From Leptonemataceae bacterium (GTDB lineage: Bacteria > Spirochaetota > Leptospiria > Leptospirales > Leptonemataceae), in NCBI GenBank assembly GCA_965227295.1, contig OZ245742.1, forward strand, positions 5,792,001 to 5,856,000: DNA of 64,000 nt, given 5' to 3'. A program made the position numbers and the translations under genes. Shown in pieces: positions 9,514-19,680 of the stretch; position 1 is the first letter of the stretch; every line of letters starts with the position of its first letter. Below the pieces are notes generated by a model. The model did no database searches, was not told where the DNA came from, and worked only from the letters and a program-made list of their open reading frames with translations.

Positions 9514-11352
9514 TCAGGGATCGGGATGTTTTTCCAGGGCGGAGAAGTACGGCAGCGCGCGGATCAACATGAAGTCCGGCTTCAGCGCGTCGTTCTTATG
9601 TTCGCGGATCCACTTCTCGGCCTTTGCGCCGTCGTCGCCGACGGCCGCCTCGAGCTTTTCGGCCCAGGCCTTACGCGTGGGGTCCGGCTTGCGATCGGCC
9701 AGTTCCGGCAGGTGTTTCCACATGTCTTCCTCGCGGAAACGCGGCGGAAAGCTGCCGTCGTTTTCGTCGGAGATTTGCAGGTCCGGATGCACGCCGTAGA
9801 CCTGCACCGTGTAGCCGTCCGGAGCGTAGTAGCGCGCCGATGTTAACTTCACATAAACAGAACCCAGGCGATGGATGCCCTGCACCGTGGCCTTGCCGAA
9901 GGAACGCTCGCCCACGACGAGAGCCGCGTCGTGGTCCATGAGGGCCGAGGCGACGATCTCGCTGGCGGAAGCCGAACCGGCGTTGATGAGCACGATGACC
10001 GGAATGCCCTGCACCAGCGGACGACGGCGGGTTTTCTCTTCTTTGGAATCGGCGGCGCCGCGAACGCGCACTACGATTTTCCCGCGCGGGAGGAGCAGGT
10101 CACTGACCTCCACGGCTTCCTCGAGGTAACCGCCGGGATTGCCGCGCAGGTCGATGACCAGGCCGTTCAACTTGCCGTCGGCTTTTTCAATGAGGCTTTC
10201 GTACTCCTGGATAATGAGCCGCGAGGTATTCTTCTTCGCGTACAGAAACGAGGAGATTTTGATGAGGCCGATTTTACGACCGCCGACGATCTCGGCGGAG
10301 TAGTCCTTGTCCGTGATGAGCCGCGAGGAAACCGCCGTTTGTTTGATGACGCCGCGCGTGATGGCGATGGGCAATGTGCGCAGTTCCGTGGGACGCTCGA
10401 CTTCCAGCACCACGACGGTTTCTTTGGGGCCGCGGATGCGCTTCACGACGTCCGAGAGCGGCATACCGACGATGGGCGTGTTGTCCACTTTGCGGATGAT
10501 GTCCCCGGCCCGCAGTCCGGAGCGCAGCGCGGGACTTCCCGGCAACGGTGTTTCGACAATAACGTCCGTACGACCGCCGCCGCGGAGCAAAGCGCCGATG
10601 CCTTCGAACGTAGAATCTTCCGCCTCGGAGCGCATCTTGTCCCACATGGACTCATCGATAATGGCGCTGTGCGGGTCCATGGCCTGGAGAAAGCCGTTGG
10701 TGGCCGCAAAGTATACGTGGTGCATGCCGAAGGGATTTTCTTTGTACGGGTCCTCTCCGGTATGCGTGGGCGGCAGGTCCTTGTATTTGTCCTTGTTGCG
10801 ATCCACCCAGGCGACGACTTCTTCGAAGTTGGCGCGGTTGAACTTGACTTTGGACCAGGTGGATTCGATGAATTTCTTCAGGCGCTCGTCTTTTTCGCGT
10901 TGTTCCAGAAACTCTTTGCGCCGCTCTTCCTCGCTGAGATTTTTGCGCCGCTGCTCTTCGCGTTTCTCCAGTTTGGAGCGCATCTCTTCCCACTTATCGT
11001 AGTCGGGGACGAAGATGAGGTACGGGTCGTCCTGGCGAATGGACAGGGCCTGGCCGGGCATGAGCCGCTCGGCGGGGATGTACTCCCCACGCTGCTCGTA
11101 GAACTCGCGGGTCATAAGAAACAGCGAGTGCGGCATGGACCGCAGAGCAGCGTCGGCGGCCTCGATGTAGGCCCGCGCGGAATTGACCCGCTCGGGATCG
11201 AGATAGTTGTCCCTGGCGTAAGCTACGACCTTAAAAAAGCTTTCCCGCGTGAAACTATCCGGAACATTCGGGGTTTCAGCGCGGACACAGCCGCAAAAGG
11301 AAATGTATAGCAGCCCAAAACAGGCCAATATGACTCGGCGGGATCCTGACAC
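9514..11352 (-). CDS. S41 C-terminal processing protease (PDZ), probable lipoprotein
   Basis: DPHS, FEGIG, PDZ domain, DLRGNPGG, SASASEIVA, SFGKATVQ. Confidence 0.93.
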   Translation of the reverse strand: MSGSRRVILACFGLLYISFCGCVRAETPNVPDSFTRESFFKVVAYARDNYLDPERVNSARAYIEAADAALRSMPHSLFLMTREFYEQRGEYIPAERLMPGQALSIRQDDPYLIFVPDYDKWEEMRSKLEKREEQRRKNLSEEERRKEFLEQREKDERLKKFIESTWSKVKFNRANFEEVVAWVDRNKDKYKDLPPTHTGEDPYKENPFGMHHVYFAATNGFLQAMDPHSAIIDESMWDKMRSEAEDSTFEGIGALLRGGGRTDVIVETPLPGSPALRSGLRAGDIIRKVDNTPIVGMPLSDVVKRIRGPKETVVVLEVERPTELRTLPIAITRGVIKQTAVSSRLITDKDYSAEIVGGRKIGLIKISSFLYAKKNTSRLIIQEYESLIEKADGKLNGLVIDLRGNPGGYLEEAVEVSDLLLPRGKIVVRVRGAADSKEEKTRRRPLVQGIPVIVLINAGSASASEIVASALMDHDAALVVGERSFGKATVQGIHRLGSVYVKLTSARYYAPDGYTVQVYGVHPDLQISDENDGSFPPRFREEDMWKHLPELADRKPDPTRKAWAEKLEAAVGDDGAKAEKWIREHKNDALKPDFMLIRALPYFSALEKHPDP

Positions 11353-11431
11353 TCTTAACTACCTCGGAGGCGGGTATGGAAGTTCTGACGAATTCTCCCG
11401 AACGGGGTTCGCGCGGAAATTCCTCTACTAT

Positions 11432-12424
11432 ATTAAAAGACAGCGAACCCGCCTCATTCTGTCGATATTTTTTATGCTTTTCACGACGGCCTGCGACGAC
11501 GCCGGGCCGTGGCAACAACGCCCGTACTACGACATCTACGACGAGGCGGTGAATCTGTACTATAAACCTCCGCGTCGACCGGAAGCGGCCCTGGCTTTAA
11601 TGGACCGCGCCTGCCGCGAAAACGAGGACAAAACCGACGTACTCTGCTACAACCTCGGTGTTCTGCGCGAATTGCAGGAGCGTCCGACGTCCGAGGCCCT
11701 GGCGGCGTATCGTGCTGCGTACCGATTGCGTCGCCATCCGGCCTATCTCGCCGCCATCCAGCGACTGGAACTGGATCCTTCCGTCTACGAAAGCGAGTAT
11801 CTCCGCGTTTCGGCGTACATGGTCCAGGCATGCCGGGCAAACGATGCAAAAGCGGCCCTGAAGAGGCTTCGCGAATTCGTCCGGGATCGTACGCCGGTTC
11901 AGGACGAGGCCGCCGATGTTCGCCTCCAGAGAACGTACCGCCAGAACTTTGCCCAGCCCTTCTTCGCCGACTGCCTGGAATCGCAGGGCGCGGAGTATCA
12001 GGCCTTGCTCGAACAACTCGCCGAACCGCGCAGCAATCCGGAAGCTTTCGCCGACGACATTTACGAGGCCCGGGCAAAGTCCGACGGCTTTTACGCGCTG
12101 TGGGATGTGGAGCTGTATCTGCGCGACCTCGGCGAAACCACGGATAGCGATCATCCGGCGACGGCGGAATGGCAGGATGTTCTCGCGGCGGCCCGGCGCG
12201 GACGCGGCGATGCGGCGGCGCTGCATCTCGAAGCGTTCTTCGCAACATTGAACGAACTGGCCCGCGAGGAAGTTCGCAAACGGCCGGCGAGTGCGAAAGC
12301 GTTACGCGCACGAGTCAAAGCGATGCAACGCGCCGCGGCGGTGTTGATCCGCGGGGACAGCTACTTCGCGCGGGTCAGGGGCAATGCAAAGGTCCGGGCG
12401 ATCATTGCGCCGGTGCTGCGTTAA
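11432..12424 (+). CDS. hypothetical TPR-like lipoprotein (start uncertain)
   Basis: IKRQRTRLILSIFFMLFTTAC lipoprotein-like signal; CYNLGVLRE TPR-like segment. Confidence 0.65.
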   Translation: MKRQRTRLILSIFFMLFTTACDDAGPWQQRPYYDIYDEAVNLYYKPPRRPEAALALMDRACRENEDKTDVLCYNLGVLRELQERPTSEALAAYRAAYRLRRHPAYLAAIQRLELDPSVYESEYLRVSAYMVQACRANDAKAALKRLREFVRDRTPVQDEAADVRLQRTYRQNFAQPFFADCLESQGAEYQALLEQLAEPRSNPEAFADDIYEARAKSDGFYALWDVELYLRDLGETTDSDHPATAEWQDVLAAARRGRGDAAALHLEAFFATLNELAREEVRKRPASAKALRARVKAMQRAAAVLIRGDSYFARVRGNAKVRAIIAPVLR

Positions 12425-12690
12425 CCTCGCGGGCGTGGCTGCCGCCTCGAATCGCTGAGTAAGATCCATTCATCGTAAGCTAGCGATCGTAACGCGAGCA
12501 TGCATCCGCATCATCAATTCCAGGGAGGCGATGTAATCTTGTAAAATACAATCACGTGAGTGATGCAGACTTTGCACAACCGGCCGAAAATCCTTCCTGC
12601 GTGCATGAATCACATTGAAAAGCGTTTGCGATTCGAGGACAAGCACGGTGCATCCTGATGCAAGAGGACCCAGGGTCCAGGGACGCAATC

Positions 12691-15600
12691 ATGAAAGCCG
12701 ACATTTCCCGCAGCACTTTTCGCGCCGATAAACACTACTCCACCGTACGTTACCAACAAGGCCGCGTACAGGTCGACGCGGACTTCAACGAACAACAGGA
12801 CATCGCTCTTCATCACGAGCGCACGGCAAACGCCGACGTGATCGGGGCCGATGGGGCCCCGTTTCAAACGGACGGCTTCGAGATCCAACCGAACGCCGCC
12901 AACGACAACCTCACCATCTCCGCGGGACGCCTGTATGTAAACGGCATCCTCTGCGAAAACGAAACATCATTTACATTCACCGAACAACCCGATCTTCCCG
13001 GGGCCGCCCTGCCCGCCGACGACGGTGACTATCTTGCGTATCTCGAGGTTCGGGAACGTGACCTCGGCGCCCTGGAAGAACCGGAGCTGCGCGAAACCGC
13101 GCTGGAAGGCCTGGATACGACCCGGCGCACGCAAACATTATGGCAGGTGCAGTTACTGCCGGTTGCGGCGGGTCCGAAGACTTCGCTCACCGCGCCCGTG
13201 GCCTGGCAGGATTTAATCTCGGCCCTGCCGGGACGCCTGCTCGCCGGAACCGACGCCGATACGTTCAGCGGCGACCCGTGCAGCCTGGAAGATCGCGGCG
13301 GTTACACCTCGCCGGAAAACCGACTGTATCGCGTGGAGGTTCATACGCCGGGAGCGCCGGGTACCGCCACGTTCAAGTGGTCGCGGCATAACGCCACCAT
13401 CGCCACGGAGTGGCTGGCGCAGGACGGCAACTCCCTGGTCGTGCAATCCATCGGTCGGGACAGGGAGTTGCGTTTTCGCGCCGGGGACTGGATTGAGATC
13501 AGTGACGAACGGCTGGAACTCGAGGACCGCCCCGGGACCCTGGCGCGCATTGTCACCGTGGCCGGCGACAGCATCGTCATCGACCCGCTGACGCTCGAGC
13601 ACTACGATCCGTCGTTCACCGAACTGGACATTGATCAGTTTCAGGAAGGCAGCCGCCGCATTCGACTCTGGAACGACGCCGATCCGACGAATATTATACC
13701 GGCGGACGGCGCCGAGGTTATAGTGGAAGCCGGCATTCGCGTGCAGTTCGAACCCGACGGCAACCCGGAAGGACGTACGTATCGCACCGGCGACTACTGG
13801 CTGATTCCCGCGCGCGCTCGCAATCGTAACATTGAATGGCATGATGCTCCGGCGCTGCAACCGCCGCACGGCAATCAACGCCACTTCGTGCGCCTGGCGT
13901 TCTTGAATCACACGGGCGGGACCTGGACGCATCTTGCAGACTGCCGTAACATCTTCCCAACGTTACTTAACGAAGACTTCACGATCCAGGGCGGCAACGC
14001 CCAGGCGGCCTTCCCGAACGAAGAGCCGGCCTTCCCGTTACGCGCGCTCGTGTCCCGCGGGTCCGTCCCCGTTCCCGATCGCACGGTCCGCTTTCGCTTA
14101 TTGAGCGGGGACGGCGGCCTGGCCGTGAGTTCCGGCGGAGTCACTGCGGTCAGCCAGTTAATTCCCACGAATGCGGAAGGCGTTGCCGCGGCCTACTTTC
14201 GCGTGGGCCCGGATCGCACTCAGGCGCATCATGAAATTCTCGCCGAGCTGTTGGACGCAAACGACCAGGTCATTCAGTTGCGGCGTTTTCACGTGGATTC
14301 GGCCATCGCCGAAGCGATTTCGTACGAAACAACGGTAGCCGCGGCCGACGGCGCCACAATCAACCCGGCCACGGTGCAGGAAGCCCTCGACGAAAGTTTT
14401 CGCGCGAAGGTCAATCGCTCCGGCGATACGATCACCGGCGATTTGCGCATCGAGGGCAGCCTCACGGTCGAAGGCGACATGCTCGCCCGGGACACGGAGC
14501 ACATCAAGGGCGACGTCGAACTCGGCGACGAGGCCACGGACACCGTGAAGGTCTTCGGCAGAATGATCGGCCCGGACGGTTCGCCGCTGAACATCGCCGA
14601 CGACGCCAACGTCTCCGGCGAACTCTACGTCGAAGAACGCGTGGGTGTCGGCGTACCGCCGGCCGCGGGTAGCCTGCTCAACGTAAACGATTTTCTTAAC
14701 GTTCACGAAAACGGACTTACGGCTCTCGGCGACGTCGAACCCGCGGCGCGGTTGCACATTCGGGGCGTGGACGACGCGGACCCGCTGCGCGTGGACGCGG
14801 CCGTGGCCGGCCCCGGCGGGCGTGTGCATTACATTCCGTTTACCGTAAGTTACGCCGGCGCGACGCCGCTCATCAACTACCAGCTCCCGCTGACGTTCGA
14901 TTCGGCGAGCCTCATCGGCGCCGGCCGCCTGCGCGCGGACCTGGGCGATCTGCGCTTCGTGATCCACGACCCCGCGGCGCCGGATACGTATCTGGTGCAC
15001 TGGGTCGAAAGCGGCATCAATACAGCACAAACCCTCGTCTGGGTTAAGTTAACGGCCCTGGCGCCCGCCGCTTCGATCGAAGTGCGCATGTACTACGGCA
15101 ATCCGAACGCGGTGAGCATTTTCCCGCGGAGCGCGGTCTTCGAGCTGGAGATCCCCGGCCTGGTCTCGGCCTGGTCCCTCGACGAAAATACCGGCACGTC
15201 TCTCAGCGACGCGAGCGGCAACGGCAACATCGGCACGCTCGAAGGCAACACTACGTGGGTGAGCGGCAAGATCGGAACGGCGGTGAACTTCGACGGCGTG
15301 GACGCCGCGGCCCAGGTTCCGCATGCGGCGTCGCTGGACATTACGAAGGACATTACGCTCGCGCTCTGGTTCCAGGCCACGGCACCGGGCACGGGACTCG
15401 CCGGACTCATCGGCAAACATCACACGGCCGGGGCGCGTTCGTTTGCGCTGTTCTTGAATTACGACACGGGCCTGCTGGAGTTCTCGCTGAGCGCCGCGGA
15501 CGACACGACGCAAACGCTCTCCGGCACAACGACGATCAGCTACGGGCAGTGGTACCACGTTGCGGCGGTCTACCGCCGGGCGACCGGCACCATGCAGATA

Positions 15601-17319
15601 TTTTTGAACGGCGCGCAGGATGCGAGTCTGGCCGCCGGATCATTCGACCTGGCTTCGACGAACCTGCCGCTAACATTCGGTGCGACGTTATTTGCGCCGG
15701 ACGGCTCGGCGCTGCGGTACTTCTTTCAGGGCACCATCGACGAACCGCGCGTTTACGCCGCGGCGTTGTCCGCTGCGGAAGCGGCCGTCCTGGCCTCGGA
15801 ACGCGGCTACGCCACCCCGGCGGTACCGGGCATTGATCTTGTGCGTAAGTTCGCCGCAGATGAACCTACGGCCGCGGCGGGAACGGAGATCACCGATCTG
15901 CCGGCTACCGAAGAAACGCTGCTGTTGATTCAGAGCGGCACGGGGAACGTGGGCATCGGCCTCGATAATCCGTCGGAGCGTTTGTCCGTGGGCGGCATCA
16001 TTGAAACGACGACGGGCGGCGTACGTTTTCCCGACGGCACGTTGCAAACGACGGCGGCCGGCGGCGGCAGTTTGTGGGTCGATGAGAATGATACAGTCAC
16101 CGCCGAGGCGAGCGTGCGTGCCCGGGGCGTGCTCGAGGGTCATGAGTTGCAAATCAACGACGTCGCGCTGCGGTTGGAATGGTCGCCGGATCATTCGGCG
16201 CAGCTCACCGCTTCGGACGGCCAGAGCGGTGACCGTTTCGGTCGAACCGTTGCGATCCGGGGAGACTATGCTCTGATCGGCGCGGCCTGGGTCGGTCCCA
16301 TCAATGAAGGCGGCGCGTATTTTTTCGAACGTGAAAGCGGCGTGTGGACCGAGAAGCTGAAGATCACCGGCGATGCCGACGACTACCTGGGCGACTCGGT
16401 GGTCATCTGCGGCAATACCGCGGTGATCGGCGTGCGTGAGGACGATGCGCTCGGGAACGACTCCGGTGCCGTGCGCGTCTACGAACGGCAGAGCGGCGTG
16501 TGGACGCAAACGCAGGAGCTCACGGCATCGGACGGCATTGCGGAAGTCGAGTTCGGTTACGCCCTGGCTTTGTTTGAAGACACGCTCTTTGTAGCGCACC
16601 GGGGCGACACCGGTCTCGATCCAGGCGGCGCGGTGTACGTCTTCGAACGCGTGGGCGGTGTCTGGTCCGAGACGCAGAAGTTCACGGCCGCGGACACTCA
16701 GACCTACGATTTCTTCGGGGCGGCCGGCATGGCGATCTATGAGAACACGGCTGTGATTGGCGCCTTCGGCCACGACAGCCCGGGCAATGATGCGGGCGCG
16801 GCTTATGTCTTTGAACGAGTCAGCGGGACGTGGGTGCAGCAACAGAAGCTACAGCCGGCCGGTATAGAAGCCGGGGACTACTTCGGCAGCAGCATCGCCA
16901 TGCACGGAAACGCCATTGTCGTCGGAGCTTTTTTCGACGATGATGCCGGAAGCAGCGCCGGAGCCGTCTATGTCTTCGAACGCGAAAACGGTGTCTGGGT
17001 AGAGAAACAAAAACTCACCGCGGATGACGGAGCCGCAGGCGACAACTTCGGCAACGCCGTAAGCATCAGCGGGACAACGATCGTAGTGGGGGCTCGCAGC
17101 AGCGGCGGCGGTGATTTTACCGGGGCAGCCTACATCTTTCAGCGGGAACGCGGGCAGTGGATTCAAAAACATAAGCTGCGTCCGGCGGGATTGATAAGCA
17201 ACGACTCTTTCGGTTATTCCGTCGATATCAGCAGTGATCGAATCATTGTCGGGGCCTCGGGCGGCAATGGCTCCACTTACATCTACGACGCCAATCTCCG
17301 ACTCGTCCAGGTTTGTTGA
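12691..17319 (+). CDS. DUF6519-domain tail-fibre-like protein with Ig-like, DUF2341, LamG and FG-GAP repeat modules
   Basis: N-terminus MKADISRSTF..KHYSTVRYQQGRVQVDADFNE, ENRLYRVEVH, FKWSRHN, GDYWLIPAR; fibre motifs ATVQEALDE and KVNRSGDTITGDL; DLRF..HWVE..WVK..MYYGN (DUF2341); WYHVAAVY..FQGTIDE (LamG); repeated D.FG.SVAI.G..IVVGA. Confidence 0.85.
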   Translation: MKADISRSTFRADKHYSTVRYQQGRVQVDADFNEQQDIALHHERTANADVIGADGAPFQTDGFEIQPNAANDNLTISAGRLYVNGILCENETSFTFTEQPDLPGAALPADDGDYLAYLEVRERDLGALEEPELRETALEGLDTTRRTQTLWQVQLLPVAAGPKTSLTAPVAWQDLISALPGRLLAGTDADTFSGDPCSLEDRGGYTSPENRLYRVEVHTPGAPGTATFKWSRHNATIATEWLAQDGNSLVVQSIGRDRELRFRAGDWIEISDERLELEDRPGTLARIVTVAGDSIVIDPLTLEHYDPSFTELDIDQFQEGSRRIRLWNDADPTNIIPADGAEVIVEAGIRVQFEPDGNPEGRTYRTGDYWLIPARARNRNIEWHDAPALQPPHGNQRHFVRLAFLNHTGGTWTHLADCRNIFPTLLNEDFTIQGGNAQAAFPNEEPAFPLRALVSRGSVPVPDRTVRFRLLSGDGGLAVSSGGVTAVSQLIPTNAEGVAAAYFRVGPDRTQAHHEILAELLDANDQVIQLRRFHVDSAIAEAISYETTVAAADGATINPATVQEALDESFRAKVNRSGDTITGDLRIEGSLTVEGDMLARDTEHIKGDVELGDEATDTVKVFGRMIGPDGSPLNIADDANVSGELYVEERVGVGVPPAAGSLLNVNDFLNVHENGLTALGDVEPAARLHIRGVDDADPLRVDAAVAGPGGRVHYIPFTVSYAGATPLINYQLPLTFDSASLIGAGRLRADLGDLRFVIHDPAAPDTYLVHWVESGINTAQTLVWVKLTALAPAASIEVRMYYGNPNAVSIFPRSAVFELEIPGLVSAWSLDENTGTSLSDASGNGNIGTLEGNTTWVSGKIGTAVNFDGVDAAAQVPHAASLDITKDITLALWFQATAPGTGLAGLIGKHHTAGARSFALFLNYDTGLLEFSLSAADDTTQTLSGTTTISYGQWYHVAAVYRRATGTMQIFLNGAQDASLAAGSFDLASTNLPLTFGATLFAPDGSALRYFFQGTIDEPRVYAAALSAAEAAVLASERGYATPAVPGIDLVRKFAADEPTAAAGTEITDLPATEETLLLIQSGTGNVGIGLDNPSERLSVGGIIETTTGGVRFPDGTLQTTAAGGGSLWVDENDTVTAEASVRARGVLEGHELQINDVALRLEWSPDHSAQLTASDGQSGDRFGRTVAIRGDYALIGAAWVGPINEGGAYFFERESGVWTEKLKITGDADDYLGDSVVICGNTAVIGVREDDALGNDSGAVRVYERQSGVWTQTQELTASDGIAEVEFGYALALFEDTLFVAHRGDTGLDPGGAVYVFERVGGVWSETQKFTAADTQTYDFFGAAGMAIYENTAVIGAFGHDSPGNDAGAAYVFERVSGTWVQQQKLQPAGIEAGDYFGSSIAMHGNAIVVGAFFDDDAGSSAGAVYVFERENGVWVEKQKLTADDGAAGDNFGNAVSISGTTIVVGARSSGGGDFTGAAYIFQRERGQWIQKHKLRPAGLISNDSFGYSVDISSDRIIVGASGGNGSTYIYDANLRLVQVC

Positions 17320-17379
17320 AGGCCGTAAAATCATGTTGACCACCCCGCCGTGCGGCGCACGCTGCGGGGTCTCAACACT

Positions 17380-18648
17380 ATGGCCATCGACAAAAACAAA
17401 ACTCGCGAACTCTTAGACGGCGTCGACGAACTCTTTGACAGTATGATCGGCGGACTTTCGAAAGACGTCGCCGGCTTTCTGAAACGCACGGTGATGGGGC
17501 CGGCGCTCGACGAGATCCGCAAGTTAATAGAAGAAAGCCGGCCGCCGGTGCTGTTCCTGGCCGGGCGTTCCGGTCACGGCAAGTCGTCGTTGATCAACGC
17601 CCTGGCCGGTCGGGAGATCGCGGACGTCGGCGACATCAAACCGACGACGCCGGAGTCCACGCCGTATCTCATTCACTTTGAAGAACAGTACTCGGCCTGG
17701 CAGGTCGTCGACTCGCGCGGCATCTTCGAAACGACGCGGCCGGACGGCGCGCCGGCCGACGACGCCGTGTCCGTGTTGAAGGCGGACCTGCGCAAACATC
17801 GGCCGGACGTGTTGATGCACGTCATCAGCGCGCCGGAGTTGCGGAACCTGGCGCCGGACCTCGAAGTCTTGCAAAAGATTCGCGACGAGCTGCGGCACGA
17901 GGACGGCCTGGACCTGCCGGTGATCGTCGTCCTGAACAAAGTCGACACGCTGGGCAATCCGCGCGAATGGCCGCCGGAGTCGAACGCGAAAAAGGCCGCG
18001 CTGATTCAAGAGGCCGTGCAGTACATGAGCGGCGACGTGTTGCGTTTACCGGACGCGCAGAACATCGATCGTAACTTTGCCATTCGCGGTGTGTCCTCCG
18101 GCGACGCGAATCGGCCCGCGGTCATTCCGGTGTGTTCGTTGCCGGGCGACGGCTGGAACATCGAAAGCCTCGCCGACTTCATCGGCACGCGATTGCCGGA
18201 CGTCGCGCTCCTGGATTTTTACCAGGCGTTGCGGCGCAAGGAACAACTGCGGCGCATCTCTTCGTCGCTGATCAAACGGTTCTCGGTCATCGCCTCGGGC
18301 ATCGGCGCGTCACCGGCTCCGCTGTCGGACTTTATTGTTCTCACGCCCTTGCAAATTTTGATGGTCGCCATGATTGGCGGGCTTTCGTGTCGCCCCGTCT
18401 CCCGCGAGACGGCCTACGAGTATCTCTCGGCGATCGGTGTGAACCTGGCCGCGGCCGGCGGCGTGCGCTACGTCACGCGGCAGTTGTTGAAGTTCATTCC
18501 GTTTGGCGGCTGGGCGGCGGCCGGTTCGATTGCCGGGGCAAGCACCTACGGTCTCGGCAAGGCGGCGGAGACGTACTTCTTTGCCGGCGAGTTGAAGAAG
18601 CCGGAGGAGTTTCAAGCGGGGTGGAAGGTGGTGAAGGATGGGGCTTAG
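17380..18648 (+). CDS. Era-like P-loop GTPase with DUF697-like C-terminus
   Basis: G1 GRSGHGKSS, G3 DSRG, G4 NKVD; hydrophobic C-terminus IGASPAPLSDFIVLTPLQILMV. Confidence 0.85.
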   Translation: MAIDKNKTRELLDGVDELFDSMIGGLSKDVAGFLKRTVMGPALDEIRKLIEESRPPVLFLAGRSGHGKSSLINALAGREIADVGDIKPTTPESTPYLIHFEEQYSAWQVVDSRGIFETTRPDGAPADDAVSVLKADLRKHRPDVLMHVISAPELRNLAPDLEVLQKIRDELRHEDGLDLPVIVVLNKVDTLGNPREWPPESNAKKAALIQEAVQYMSGDVLRLPDAQNIDRNFAIRGVSSGDANRPAVIPVCSLPGDGWNIESLADFIGTRLPDVALLDFYQALRRKEQLRRISSSLIKRFSVIASGIGASPAPLSDFIVLTPLQILMVAMIGGLSCRPVSRETAYEYLSAIGVNLAAAGGVRYVTRQLLKFIPFGGWAAAGSIAGASTYGLGKAAETYFFAGELKKPEEFQAGWKVVKDGA

Positions 18649-18746
18649 GTTACTCGGATTAGATTTTAGTTGCGGACATTTTGCGACGTGGATCGTGGAC
18701 GAATCTTCAAGCATCAGAAAGACAAACGAGTGATCAAGTAAGATTG

Positions 18747-18880
18747 TTTTGGGCGTGCCCCTCCGCGCTACGCGCTCCGGGTCGCGCTTTCCAGGGCTCC
18801 GCGCTTCGCGCTTCGGTCCTCCGCCTTCGGCTCCGGACTCGCGGCTTCGCCGCGACCCTTCCAATCGCTCACGCGAAGAA
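18747..18880 (+). repeat. structured intergenic repeat family A, copy 1
   Basis: TTGGGCGTGCCCC...GGGTCGCGCTTTCCAGGGCTCCG...CCCTTCCAATCGCTCACGCGAAGAA with several short hairpins; recurs in the window. Confidence 0.9.
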
Positions 18881-19071
18881 CTCGTCGTTCGATCATGTGG
18901 CTCAGGTGATCATTCCGGACCTTTTTACCCTCACGCCTCCCCCTCGGCGTCCTGTGGCGAATCACAGGCGGATATTCATTTGTCCCGCCGGTTTCTGGAA
19001 TTTCGCCGGGTGGTCCGTTTTCCGCGCGGCCGTGGTCGATTTTCGGGGTGGCCCGCCCCGATATTTGGATC

Positions 19072-19269
19072 GTGAGCGAAAGCAACGATTCCCCGAAATC
19101 ACGCACGCGGTCCCGCTTTAAGGACGCCGGCAGCCCCCATGTCAACAACGACCCGAAAGTGGTGAACCTGGCGTACTATCGGATTAAGAAGTCCCTGCAA
19201 CAGGAAGGCTTCGATCTGGTGACCGATGCGGATGGGAAGTTGACGTTGGTGTTAAGAGTGACGAAGTAG
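19072..19269 (+). CDS. small hypothetical protein (~65 aa)
   Basis: GTG start; protein-like C-terminus VVNLAYYRIKKSLQQEGFDLVTDADGKLTLVLRV; convergent with the HEPN gene. Confidence 0.6.
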   Translation: MSESNDSPKSRTRSRFKDAGSPHVNNDPKVVNLAYYRIKKSLQQEGFDLVTDADGKLTLVLRVTK

Positions 19270-19272
19270 AAG

Positions 19273-19680
19273 TTAGAGTCTTGCGCGCACTTGCCGCACG
19301 AAATCTTCAAGGTCGCTGAGGCGATTCTCGGCTACGTCCCTGAGTATACTGATGTCCACGTCCGTGTAGCCGTGCACAAGGACGTTTCGAAATCCAATCA
19401 CCTTGCGCAAGTTCTGCGATGTCTCCTGCTTGATCCAATCGTTTCGCGCCAGCTTGTCAAACAGCTCCGCGTTCGTGCGCGGCTCCCCTAATTTCTCATC
19501 CGAAACGATATGCGATCCTATGTCCTGAACTGCCTGGATCGCGATCTGGAGCGTGTGCTCGACGAAACGCCGCTCCTTCAGATCCGTCGAAATCTTCTCG
19601 GGTCGCGCCAGTTCTCGCAAATCGCGGAGGCATGCCTCAATGAAAGCCAGTTTCTTTCGGATCAGATCTTCGTCTGTCAT
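19273..19680 (-). CDS. hepT: HEPN (DUF86) ribonuclease toxin, type VII TA
   Basis: RX4HXY motif GFRNVLVHGY; overlaps the upstream MNT gene. Confidence 0.9.
   Translation of the reverse strand: MTDEDLIRKKLAFIEACLRDLRELARPEKISTDLKERRFVEHTLQIAIQAVQDIGSHIVSDEKLGEPRTNAELFDKLARNDWIKQETSQNLRKVIGFRNVLVHGYTDVDISILRDVAENRLSDLEDFVRQVRARL

Noticed and set aside
12691..17319. Prophage
   Set aside because: Only one fibre-like gene; no integrase, terminase, capsid or att sites recognised.
18681..19148. Several short ORFs over repeat copy 1 (similar ones at 22570-22839 and 63275-63690)
   Set aside because: Translations of non-coding family A repeats with low-complexity Arg/Ser/Pro content.
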